44,954 nt of DNA. Source: Candidatus Zixiibacteriota bacterium. GTDB taxonomy: Bacteria; Zixibacteria; MSB-5A5; GN15; FEB-12. Below, piece after piece: positions 28,913 through 37,934 of this stretch. Position 1 is the stretch's first letter, and each line of letters begins with the position of its first letter. The notes beneath the pieces were generated by a model. That model was not told the DNA's origin. It worked only from the letters and a program-made list of their open reading frames with translations, and did no database searches. The stretch covers positions 1-44,954 of the forward strand of contig JAJRTA010000050.1 in NCBI GenBank assembly GCA_024278515.1. Reading direction: 5' to 3'. The position numbers were made by a program, and so were the translations under genes.

Positions 28913-30336
28913 CGTTTTTTCAGAGCTTCCAATAGTTCCTTACGGGCCAGGGTGATCGAGCCTGCGCCCATCAGAATCACGATATCACCGTCACGGACGA
29001 CTTTCATCACTTCGGCGGCAATGTTTGCGCGGGGACCTATACAACGAAACCGTTCCTGACAGCTTTCGCTGACCTGTCGCTTGATCAATTCCGAGGTTAC
29101 GCCTTCAATCGGTTTTTCCCTGGCCGGATAGATATCCGTCAGCAGGCAGATATCCGCAATCGACGACGACTCGGCAAACTGCCGGGCGAAATCACGTGTC
29201 CGGCTGTACAGATGCGGCTGGTACACGACTATGACACGTCGGTTGAACGTCTCTCTGGCCGTGGTGAGAGTAGCCGTCACCTCGGTCGGGTGGTGAGCAT
29301 AGTCATCGATAACCACGACACCCTTTTCTTCACCCACCAACTCGAACCGGCGATTGACACCACCGAAAGAAGCCAACCCCTCGATTATGGCCTCCATCGG
29401 CACCTGCAGTTCCCGGCAGACTGCCACAGCGGCCAGCGCATTCAGCACATTATGACGCCCGAACACTTTCAGTTTTAGTTCACCCAGTGGTTCCTCGAGA
29501 TTCCACACCCTGAACCCGGCGCCGGTGTCTTCCTGCCTTACATCGGTGGCGCGGTAATCGGCCGAGGCATCGAACCCGAAACTGACAACCGGGCGGGCAA
29601 TCTCCGGGCGTAACGACTGCAGGTTGGCATCATCCGCCGACATAATCACTGAACCATAGAACGGCACTCTGTTCATATAGGTCACGAACGACCCGAGGAG
29701 GTCATCCATATCCTCGTAGCAATCCAGATGGTCGGCCTCGATATTCGTGACAACCGCGAGGGTCGGATACATGGCCAGGAATGACTTGTCGTACTCATCC
29801 GCCTCCGCCACGAGGTAGTCACCGTGACCCAGGGCCGCGCCGCTGCCCAGACCGGCCACGATCCCGCCGACAATGATCGTCGGGTCGTAGTCAGCCCGGC
29901 GCAACACATGACCGATCATCGAAGTAGTCGTGGTCTTGCCGTGCGTGCCGGAGACACCAATCGAGTGTTTCAGGCGCATCAGTTCACCGAGCATCTCGGC
30001 TCGTTTGATCACCGGTATGCCGAGATCGCGGGCGGCTATAACCTCCGGGTTATCTTCACCAACCGCCGAGGAGATAACGACCAGGTCGGCATCCTCAAGA
30101 TTACGGCCGTCATGCCCTTCATGGATTCTGATGCCGATCGATGCGAGGTAGTCGGTCACATCGCTCAGAGTCAGATCGGAGCCGCGTACCTCGAAGCCGA
30201 GATTGCTCAACAGCTCGGCGATTCCGGACATTCCGGCGCCGCCGATACCCACGAAAAACAGTTTCTTGAACTTACCGAACATGTTCCTGCGACACCGGAA
30301 GCTCATGACCTCTCGAGTAAAGAGAGTGTTCGTCAC
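28909..30336 (-). CDS. murC: UDP-N-acetylmuramate--L-alanine ligase
   Basis: FVGIGGAGMSGIAE, GTHGKTTTTSMI and the Mur ligase middle and C-terminal domains support the call. The GTG start at 30336 overlaps the murG stop (GTGA). The ATG at 30282 is an alternative start. Confidence 0.93.
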   Translation of the reverse strand: MTNTLFTREVMSFRCRRNMFGKFKKLFFVGIGGAGMSGIAELLSNLGFEVRGSDLTLSDVTDYLASIGIRIHEGHDGRNLEDADLVVISSAVGEDNPEVIAARDLGIPVIKRAEMLGELMRLKHSIGVSGTHGKTTTTSMIGHVLRRADYDPTIIVGGIVAGLGSGAALGHGDYLVAEADEYDKSFLAMYPTLAVVTNIEADHLDCYEDMDDLLGSFVTYMNRVPFYGSVIMSADDANLQSLRPEIARPVVSFGFDASADYRATDVRQEDTGAGFRVWNLEEPLGELKLKVFGRHNVLNALAAVAVCRELQVPMEAIIEGLASFGGVNRRFELVGEEKGVVVIDDYAHHPTEVTATLTTARETFNRRVIVVYQPHLYSRTRDFARQFAESSSIADICLLTDIYPAREKPIEGVTSELIKRQVSESCQERFRCIGPRANIAAEVMKVVRDGDIVILMGAGSITLARKELLEALKKR

Positions 30337-31472
30337 GAAGCGCGGCCTTTCTTTGTTTCATCAATCAATCTCACTATGTCTTCGGCGATCACATCGACCG
30401 CCGGCCGGGTATCCCTGGTTGATGCCGCCACCGTTGCTTTCATTCTGTCCACCTGCCCTGATTCGAACATCCTAATCGCGGTCCCAAGCAGATCGGTCTT
30501 ATCCAGATCGCTTTGATCAATCATCACGGCCCATCCCCTCTTGACGAAATCCTCGGCATTTTTGCGTTGGTGATCTTCGGCCGCGTGAGGAAAGGGGATA
30601 AGAATCGCCGGTATGCCGCAGGCCGCCAACTCCGCCAGCGTCAGCGCCCCGGCGCGGCATATAGCCACCTCGGCGGCGGCATAAACCAGGTTCATTTTTT
30701 CCGCAAACGGAAAGAGGGAGCAACCCTGAGCCTTATCGCCCGCGTTAACGGTCACATCCTTGTAATCCCTCCTTCCCGTTTGCCATAGTAGTTGGTACTT
30801 ATCTTTCAACGGATTATTCTTCAGGCTTTTCAGAACGGCGTTATTTATCGCGCGCGCCCCCTGACTTCCCCCAAGGATCAGAATCGTGCGTTTGTCCGGA
30901 TCAAGTCCGAAAGACGCCAGCGCCGCGTTCCGGTCACCCTCAAGCAGGTCCGTCCTGACCGGGTTCCCTGTTACTATTATCTCACCCTTTGTCTTCAAAT
31001 ATCCGGCGGCTCGTTCAAAGCCGAGGTAGATGCGTTGTGCATTCGCCGCCGCCTGCCGGGTAGCGATACCGGGGTAGGAGTTCTGTTCCTGCAGAACCGT
31101 CGGCACCCCCCGCGCTTTCGCCATACGCAGAACCGGCCATGAAACATACCCGCCGGTGCCGACGACAACATCGGGCGAGAACCGCTTTATCAGAAGCGAA
31201 GCCTTGAACAGAGCGAGCACGATCACGAACGGCAATAAAAGATTCCGCGGAGTGAACGAGCGCACAAGTCCGCGCATGTTGATAATCTCCAGGGGGTATC
31301 CGAGGTTTTCACGCATCCGATACTCTATGCCCTGCCTGGTGCCGACAAACCTAATCTCAACAGAACCATGTTCCGCCAGCAGTTCTTTGAGACGATCGGC
31401 GATAGCGATAGCCGGGAACAGATGGCCGCCGGTACCACCTCCGGCGAAGAGTATGCGATAATCGGGCGTCAT
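30333..31472 (-). CDS. murG: Undecaprenyldiphospho-muramoylpentapeptide beta-N-acetylglucosaminyltransferase
   Basis: The protein begins MTPDYRILFAGGGTGGHLFPAIAIADRL from the ATG at 31472, which overlaps the ftsW stop (ATGA). This gives 379 aa. The longer 505-aa ORF in the track is an out-of-frame read-through into ftsW. Confidence 0.93.
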   Translation of the reverse strand: MTPDYRILFAGGGTGGHLFPAIAIADRLKELLAEHGSVEIRFVGTRQGIEYRMRENLGYPLEIINMRGLVRSFTPRNLLLPFVIVLALFKASLLIKRFSPDVVVGTGGYVSWPVLRMAKARGVPTVLQEQNSYPGIATRQAAANAQRIYLGFERAAGYLKTKGEIIVTGNPVRTDLLEGDRNAALASFGLDPDKRTILILGGSQGARAINNAVLKSLKNNPLKDKYQLLWQTGRRDYKDVTVNAGDKAQGCSLFPFAEKMNLVYAAAEVAICRAGALTLAELAACGIPAILIPFPHAAEDHQRKNAEDFVKRGWAVMIDQSDLDKTDLLGTAIRMFESGQVDRMKATVAASTRDTRPAVDVIAEDIVRLIDETKKGRAS

Positions 31473-32569
31473 GTTCGCACTACCCTCCGTGAAAGGTTCA
31501 ACAGTACACCGACAGCCGCGCTGGACATCAACAACGATGATCCGCCGTACGAAATAAACGGCAACGGCAACCCGGTAACCGGTAAAAGCGAAGTCACCAC
31601 TCCGATATTCACGGCAATGTTGATGAACAGCGACAATGTCATCCCCGCACCGAGCAGGTATCCGAACTTGTCCGGCTGAGCGTAGGAGATTTTCAGACCG
31701 CGCCACAAGAGATAGAACAGCGCTGTCAGGATGATAAGCAGTCCGATCAAACCGATCTCCTCTCCGGTCGCGGCAAAAATGAAATCGGTGTGCGGATAGG
31801 GCAGAAAGAAGAGCTTCTGGCGTCCTTCGCCCAGTCCCACCCCCAACCATCCTCCGGCCCCAAGCGTAAGCGCCGCCTGCCTGGCCTGGTAACTGCCCTG
31901 GAGAGGATCGGCAACAGCCGCAATGAAATCAAGGATACGACTTTTCTTGTATCCGAGGCCGAATACGACAAGAAGTCCGGTCGCCGTCAACGGCAGAATC
32001 GCCGCGCCCAGATGTTTCAACCGCGCTCCGGCGAGGAAGAAAACACTCAGCACAGTCAGTGAAATCACAATAGTACTGCCCAGATCAGGTTCCAGCAGAA
32101 TCAATCCGAGACCAGTTCCGATGATGGGACCATACGGAAGAAGCAGTTGTTTAAGATCGGTCAGATCCCGCCGCGGATTGGCCAGAGAGAAGGCTAAAAA
32201 GAATATCAGCACAAACCGGAACACTTCAGACGGCTGCCCGGTGAACGGCCCGATAACTATCCAGCGATGCGCGCCATTCCGGGCCGGCCCGAAAAATACC
32301 AGAACCAGAAGAATCATGCAGATCGCCAACGCCGGAGCCGAATACACGGCCAGCCGCTGGAGATTCAGCTTGGAAATTACATATACCACAGCCATAGACA
32401 GCAGGGCCCATAAACACTGCTGACGGAAGAACAATAGGTGCGAACCGAACCTTCCCTCAGCCATGATCGATGAGGTCGAGTAAATCATAATCAGCCCGAT
32501 CACCACCGCCGCGAGGTAGGCGCCGAACAAACGTTCATCGACTGAGTTCTTAGTCCTGGATCGTTTCAT
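31469..32569 (-). CDS. ftsW: SEDS-family peptidoglycan glycosyltransferase FtsW
   Basis: 366-aa polytopic ORF with the conserved C-terminal SEDS motif LPVTGLPLPFISYGGSSLL. Its position between murD and murG matches the dcw order. Confidence 0.9.
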   Translation of the reverse strand: MKRSRTKNSVDERLFGAYLAAVVIGLIMIYSTSSIMAEGRFGSHLLFFRQQCLWALLSMAVVYVISKLNLQRLAVYSAPALAICMILLVLVFFGPARNGAHRWIVIGPFTGQPSEVFRFVLIFFLAFSLANPRRDLTDLKQLLLPYGPIIGTGLGLILLEPDLGSTIVISLTVLSVFFLAGARLKHLGAAILPLTATGLLVVFGLGYKKSRILDFIAAVADPLQGSYQARQAALTLGAGGWLGVGLGEGRQKLFFLPYPHTDFIFAATGEEIGLIGLLIILTALFYLLWRGLKISYAQPDKFGYLLGAGMTLSLFINIAVNIGVVTSLLPVTGLPLPFISYGGSSLLMSSAAVGVLLNLSRRVVRT

Positions 32570-33941
32570 TCTTCCTGTCGCTTCTTAAATCCGACACGGC
32601 CTGCTTGAACAGTTTGCCGCGCTGTTCATAATTATCGAACATGTCAAAACTGGCGCACCCGGGTGACAAAAGCACTGTTTCCCCCGGACGGGCACGGGAG
32701 AAACATTTGGACACAGCATCTTCCAGACTATCTGCAAACTGGGTCGTAAAATGTCGACCCAACTCCTCGAACATCCGGTCCCTGGCCTCACCGATAAGCA
32801 CAATACTCGCGATTCGTCCCTTCCCATCCCGTACGATAGGTTCGTACGGAGCGCCTTTGTCGCGCCCTCCAGCGATGAGATGAATAGGGGGGTCGATCGA
32901 GCGCAACGCGTAGCAGACCGAGTCGACATTGGTCGCTTTGGAGTCATTGACAAAGTCAATACCGGCCACCCGGGCGACTGGCTCAAGACGGTGCTCCACT
33001 CCGGCGAAGGTGGCCAGCACCCGTCCCATAGTCTCGGCATCGACATCAAACAGAGCGGCCGCGGCCACCGCGGCAGCGGCATTTTGCAGATTATGCGGTC
33101 CGGGGATGCGAATATCCCGGGCAGAAACTACTCGCGTTCCCCGACCGTCATGCGAATAGAAAAGAGCACCGTCTTCGACCCGGACAAAACAATCCGTGGT
33201 CGCTTCGGTCGTAAAATAGAGCTTCCGAGCGGCGGTCGGTATATCATCCGCCATCATTACCTCGTCCTGGTGGTTGAGAATAAGGTAATCGTCGGAAGAC
33301 TGATTTTCGGTGATCCGATATTTAAGTTTCTTGTAGGTTCCAAAGGTCCCATGACGGTCGAGATGGTCCGGAGAGAGATTCAGAATCAATGCTACATGAG
33401 GAGCGAAATCGGCAATCCATTCCAACTGGAAAGAAGAGATCTCGACAACGGCAATAGTATCCTCGCCGATCTTTTCGGCCACCTGCGCAAAGGGCAGCCC
33501 GATATTGCCGCACACCAGGGCGTCCTTACCGGCCGCTGTGAGAATCTCGCCGATCAACGTGGTGGTGGTGGTCTTGCCGTTCGAGCCGGTAACTCCGATT
33601 ATCCTCCCCCGGCACACCCATGAGGCAAACTCTATCTCCGAAAAGATCGGAACGCCCTTAGCTACAGCCCTACTTATTATCTCCAGAGTGGGAGGAACCC
33701 CGGGGGAGATGACTATGTAGTCACACTGAAGTAACTGGTCGGTGTGTCCGCCGGTTTCAAACGGTATCCCTTCCTGCTCCAGACGCGCCACCGCTTCGGC
33801 CACTTGCTCGGACGGAGCCGCGTCGGACACGAACGGACGACCGCCGTTGGCCGCGGCAAGCGAAGCAGTCGCCAGCCCGGACCGGCCCATACCGATCACG
33901 CCTATCTTCCGTTCATTTATCCTTTCAGCAACCGTCATCAT
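32550..33941 (-). CDS. murD: UDP-N-acetylmuramoylalanine--D-glutamate ligase
   Basis: 463-aa ORF with GVTGSNGKTTTTTLIGEI and a Rossmann-like N-terminus (KIGVIGMGRSGLA). It occupies the expected dcw position. Confidence 0.93.
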   Translation of the reverse strand: MMTVAERINERKIGVIGMGRSGLATASLAAANGGRPFVSDAAPSEQVAEAVARLEQEGIPFETGGHTDQLLQCDYIVISPGVPPTLEIISRAVAKGVPIFSEIEFASWVCRGRIIGVTGSNGKTTTTTLIGEILTAAGKDALVCGNIGLPFAQVAEKIGEDTIAVVEISSFQLEWIADFAPHVALILNLSPDHLDRHGTFGTYKKLKYRITENQSSDDYLILNHQDEVMMADDIPTAARKLYFTTEATTDCFVRVEDGALFYSHDGRGTRVVSARDIRIPGPHNLQNAAAAVAAAALFDVDAETMGRVLATFAGVEHRLEPVARVAGIDFVNDSKATNVDSVCYALRSIDPPIHLIAGGRDKGAPYEPIVRDGKGRIASIVLIGEARDRMFEELGRHFTTQFADSLEDAVSKCFSRARPGETVLLSPGCASFDMFDNYEQRGKLFKQAVSDLRSDRKNETIQD

Positions 33942-33957
33942 TTTTCTATCAGACTTT

Positions 33958-35046
33958 CTATCGTACTTTCAATGTCGCCAGAGTCAGAAGCGCGCAAAGA
34001 GCGCCCAGTATCCAGAACCGCACCACGATTTTCGACTCCGCCCAGCCGCACAGTTCAAAGTGGTGATGAATCGGAGCCATTTTGAAGACCCTTTTGCCGC
34101 CCCGGTAACGATAGGACAACACCTGTATTATCACCGATAAAGCGACCATCACAAAAACTCCACCCACTACCACAAGCAGAAGCTCCTTTTTCAGCAAAAT
34201 CGCAATGGCTCCCAACGCCCCACCGAGGGCCAGTGAGCCTGTATCTCCCATGAACACTTCAGCCGGATGCGAGTTGAACCAGAGGAAACCGAGCGCCGAC
34301 CCGAAGGCCGCACCGCAGTAAACCGCCAATTCACCGGCTCCGGGCAGGTAGTCAATAGCCAGGTACTGCGAGAAGTCAACACGTCCGGACAGGTAAGCAA
34401 TTCCCGCGAACGTCATAAAGCACAACGCGCACAAACCGATAGCCAGTCCGTCAAGTCCATCGGTCAGGTTAACCGCGTTGGATGAGCCGGTGATAACCAC
34501 CACGACAAACGGCCCGTAAAGTATGCCGAGAGACAACATGTAATTTTTGAAGAATGGTATCTCGGTCGTACCGTCATATAGTTGATCCGGCGCCATCCAG
34601 ACCAGGGCAGCGGCAAAGATCGCCCCGAGAAGAAGCTGGCCGATCATTTTTTTGCGCGCCACGAGTCCTTTCGGTTGACGCTTGATAGCCTTCAGATAGT
34701 CGTCCATGAATCCGATAGCCCCCAGCCAGACGGTAACCAGCAAAATCATCTGGGTGAAGTAGTTGGTCAAATCGGCCCACAAAAGAGTAGGAATTATAAT
34801 TCCGGCGAGGATTATCAGGCCGCCCATGGTCGGCGTTCCGGATTTCGCCTGATGGCGCTCCGGCCCCTCCGGCCTGATGGATTCGGTGACCTGGTACTTT
34901 TTAAGCAGGCGAATGAACAGCGGTCCCAGGATCAGGCAGATGAAAATAGCTGTCACAGTGGCTCCGGCGGCGCGGAAAGTGATGTATCGGAACACATTCA
35001 ATCCGGAGATGTAATGGGTCAACGGCGCCAGCAGATGGTAAAGCAT
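33958..35046 (-). CDS. mraY: Phospho-N-acetylmuramoyl-pentapeptide transferase
   Basis: 362-aa polytopic ORF with KSGTPTMGGL, NAVNLTDGLDGLA, and the C-terminal PIHHHFE motif. Confidence 0.95.
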   Translation of the reverse strand: MLYHLLAPLTHYISGLNVFRYITFRAAGATVTAIFICLILGPLFIRLLKKYQVTESIRPEGPERHQAKSGTPTMGGLIILAGIIIPTLLWADLTNYFTQMILLVTVWLGAIGFMDDYLKAIKRQPKGLVARKKMIGQLLLGAIFAAALVWMAPDQLYDGTTEIPFFKNYMLSLGILYGPFVVVVITGSSNAVNLTDGLDGLAIGLCALCFMTFAGIAYLSGRVDFSQYLAIDYLPGAGELAVYCGAAFGSALGFLWFNSHPAEVFMGDTGSLALGGALGAIAILLKKELLLVVVGGVFVMVALSVIIQVLSYRYRGGKRVFKMAPIHHHFELCGWAESKIVVRFWILGALCALLTLATLKVR

Positions 35047-36437
35047 CAGTCGACCTCCTCCGTGTTCGCGAAAACATCAATTACATTTTCCAGTCCGATG
35101 CCACGTGACGCCTTGACATATACCAGATCGCCGTCACGGAAAACCGTTCGCATATCCTCGGCGCATGAATTTGCATCCGCATAGTAACGCAGTTTATCAG
35201 TCGACAGGCCGCATTCACCGAGAACGTGGTAAACAGTGCGTGACAACGGCCCCACCAATACCGCTAAATCAAACCTCCGGCCCGCAAGATATTCACCGAC
35301 AGCCCGGTGGTGTTTTGTGGCTTCGTGCCCCAGTTCAAGCATGTCTCCAAGCACCACTATCCGACGAGATCGATCCGGCATCTCGAAGAACGCATCCAGC
35401 CCCGCCCTTACCGAAGCAGGATTGGCATTGTAACAGTCGGCGACAAAAGTTACACCGTGATGATTAACTATTTGCCCACGCATCGGCGCCGTGGTAAGCG
35501 AAATGGCTTCCGTGTCGATGTTATCGAAACTATACCCCAGAGTCCTGGTGACGGCATAAGCGGCAAGCAGGTTGGCCGCCTGGTGCCGCCCCGGCATCGG
35601 CAGAATGAAAGCATGTCCCTCGATCAGCACCCGGCTGCCTGACTCCTGTGACTCGATACGGTCGATACTGAAATCTGCTTCAGCATCGAGAGCAAAAGTC
35701 ACAAACTTACCGCGTAACTTTCCCGCTTCAGCCATCAACACCGGATCGTCACCGTTAATGATGAGTTGTGCTTTCGGGTCGGCTTTTCGTATCAGTTCCA
35801 GCTTGGCTTTGGCTACCGCTTCGACCGAATCAAGAAACTCAAGATGTGACGGTCCGACATTCGTGATTGCCACCAGATCGGGGCGTACTATTTCAGCCAG
35901 CTTCGGCATCTCGGTAGTGGTGGAAATGCCCAGTTCGAGAACAGCCACTTCGGTATCTTCCGGAGCGCCGAACAGAGCCAGCGGAACGCCGAACAGATTG
36001 TTCAGATTCCCCGGCGACCGGTAGACATTCGAGGTAACCGCCTGCAACAGATGATAGGTGAGTTCCTTGGTCGTTGTCTTGCCGTTGGAGCCGGTAATGG
36101 CCGCAAATATGGCCGACAGTTTATCGCGGTATGACGCCGCCAGTCTCAGCATCGCCTCGTGACTGTTTTCAACCGCCACAACCGCCACATCACCGCCAAT
36201 ATTATGCAGACCCGGCCAGGTGTATTCGACCACGATTCCGGACACGCCGGCCCGAACAGCCGCATCGATATAGTCATGGCCGTCGTTACGTTCGCCCCGT
36301 ATAGCCACGAACAGTTGATCCCGGCCAACCGTACGACTGTCTATTCCAACGCCGCGGAACATACGCGCGGCGTTGTCCGTGTTGTAGATCGTACCGCCGG
36401 TAATGGCTGCCAGTTTGTCGAATCGCAAGCTGATCAA
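35046..36437 (-). CDS. murF: UDP-N-acetylmuramoyl-tripeptide--D-alanyl-D-alanine ligase
   Basis: 463-aa ORF with ITGSNGKTTTKE and Mur ligase domains. Its stop shares one nt with the mraY start (TGATG). Confidence 0.92.
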   Translation of the reverse strand: MISLRFDKLAAITGGTIYNTDNAARMFRGVGIDSRTVGRDQLFVAIRGERNDGHDYIDAAVRAGVSGIVVEYTWPGLHNIGGDVAVVAVENSHEAMLRLAASYRDKLSAIFAAITGSNGKTTTKELTYHLLQAVTSNVYRSPGNLNNLFGVPLALFGAPEDTEVAVLELGISTTTEMPKLAEIVRPDLVAITNVGPSHLEFLDSVEAVAKAKLELIRKADPKAQLIINGDDPVLMAEAGKLRGKFVTFALDAEADFSIDRIESQESGSRVLIEGHAFILPMPGRHQAANLLAAYAVTRTLGYSFDNIDTEAISLTTAPMRGQIVNHHGVTFVADCYNANPASVRAGLDAFFEMPDRSRRIVVLGDMLELGHEATKHHRAVGEYLAGRRFDLAVLVGPLSRTVYHVLGECGLSTDKLRYYADANSCAEDMRTVFRDGDLVYVKASRGIGLENVIDVFANTEEVD

Positions 36438-37918
36438 TTCCCTTTGTCACTCACCAGTCCGGTGTAACCAAGTTCAGTCAGAACCCGACGCGCTTCCGAT
36501 GTGTCGTCGAACGGATGCCTGACACCCTTGATTTCCTGATAGTTCTCGTTTCCTTTTCCGGCCAGCAAAACCGCATCGCCGGGCTGCGCCATTTTCACTA
36601 TTCTTTCAATAGCCTCTCGACGATCCGGAATGATTTCATACTGATCGCCTTCAAGGCCAGGTTTTATCTGTTCAATAATCGTCTGAGGATCCTCACTGCG
36701 CGGATTATCCGAGGTGACTACGCAGAAATCCGACGCGCTGCTGACCGCTTTGCCCATCATCGGCCGTTTGCCCGGATCACGATCGCCGCCGCAACCGAAC
36801 AGCACCATTACCCGTCCCTGCGAAAGTTCACGCGCCGTCTCGCACAATCGGGCCAGGGCGTCAGGGGTGTGGGCAAAATCCACATAAACGGCAAACGGCT
36901 GCCCGCATTCGATATAGTTGAATCTTCCCGCGATCGGGCGGGCGCTTTCCAGCCCCCGCACAACGTTATCGATATCAACACCGGCCGCCATCCCGGCGGC
37001 GGCGGCGGCAACCGCGTTGATAAGGTTAAAGCGACCGGGCAGGTGGAATTCAACCGTGTGAGTACCCATCGGCGTCCTGAGATCGAAAACCGTCCGTGTG
37101 GATTCGAGTTCATAGTTCGTGCAACAGATATCGGCCTGGGTATCCTCCAGCGAATACGAGATATAAGCCGAACTGATTTCCGCGAAAAGGCTGCGGAACT
37201 CGGGGACATCAAGATTGATAACAGCATAGCTGAGCGGACCGTCGAGCTGCCTGACAAGCCGCTTCTTCGCTTCGAGGTACTCTTCCATCGTCTTATGAAA
37301 ATCAAGATGATCGCGGGTGATATTGGTGTACACGGCGACCCGGAAGTTGATGTTTTCAACACGATGTAACACCAACGCATGAGAGGACACTTCGATAACC
37401 GCGTTCACGCAATGATTCTTCTTCATAAGAAAAAGGAGGCGCTGCATATCAAGCGATTCCGGAGTTGTGCGCTCGGCTGGGAAACTTTCTTTACCGGTGT
37501 CGTACACAATCGACGACACCATGCCCACTCGTTTGTTGCGGGCCTCAAGGATTCCTTTCAACAAATGACAAACAGTGGTTTTCCCGTTGGTGCCGGTAAT
37601 TCCACACGCTTTGATTTTTCTGCCCGGGAAACCGTAGAAAGCAGCCGAGAAATCGGCCAGCGCCTTGCGGGAGTCGGGCACCTTTACATAGTTGGGAGCG
37701 GAAGTACACTCTTCGCGCTCACCGACTATCACCACCGCACCGTGCTCCACGGCATCATCAATAAACAAGTGACCATCCTGCCGATATCCGGAAACAGCTA
37801 CAAACATCCCGTTCGCTTTTGTCAGGCGCGAATCGTATGAAATATCCTCGATCTGCACTTCACCGTCTCCGATCAGTTCGGCCTCAGGGTGACTTTTTAA
37901 TAGTTCGCTGAGTTTAAT
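36434..37918 (-). CDS. murE: UDP-N-acetylmuramoyl-L-alanyl-D-glutamate--2,6-diaminopimelate (or L-Lys) ligase; proposed AUU start
   Basis: GITGTNGKTT and Mur ligase domains support the call. The ORF track starts at the GTG at 37858. The frame is open for 31 codons upstream and encodes (I)KLSELLKSHPEAELIGDGE, a typical MurE N-terminus. The ATT at 37916-37918 is preceded by GGAGG at 5-nt spacing. The product call is firm; the start is tentative. Confidence 0.9.
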   Translation of the reverse strand: MKLSELLKSHPEAELIGDGEVQIEDISYDSRLTKANGMFVAVSGYRQDGHLFIDDAVEHGAVVIVGEREECTSAPNYVKVPDSRKALADFSAAFYGFPGRKIKACGITGTNGKTTVCHLLKGILEARNKRVGMVSSIVYDTGKESFPAERTTPESLDMQRLLFLMKKNHCVNAVIEVSSHALVLHRVENINFRVAVYTNITRDHLDFHKTMEEYLEAKKRLVRQLDGPLSYAVINLDVPEFRSLFAEISSAYISYSLEDTQADICCTNYELESTRTVFDLRTPMGTHTVEFHLPGRFNLINAVAAAAAGMAAGVDIDNVVRGLESARPIAGRFNYIECGQPFAVYVDFAHTPDALARLCETARELSQGRVMVLFGCGGDRDPGKRPMMGKAVSSASDFCVVTSDNPRSEDPQTIIEQIKPGLEGDQYEIIPDRREAIERIVKMAQPGDAVLLAGKGNENYQEIKGVRHPFDDTSEARRVLTELGYTGLVSDKGN

Positions 37919-37934
37919 CTCCGCCTCCGCTGTA

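Noticed and set aside
31473-31850. 126-codon N-terminal extension of the murG ORF (505 aa in the track)
   Set aside because: The extension overlaps the 3' end of ftsW in another frame and has no MurG homology. The canonical MurG N-terminus (MTPDYRILFAGGGTGGH) begins at the ATG at 31472, which overlaps the ftsW stop.
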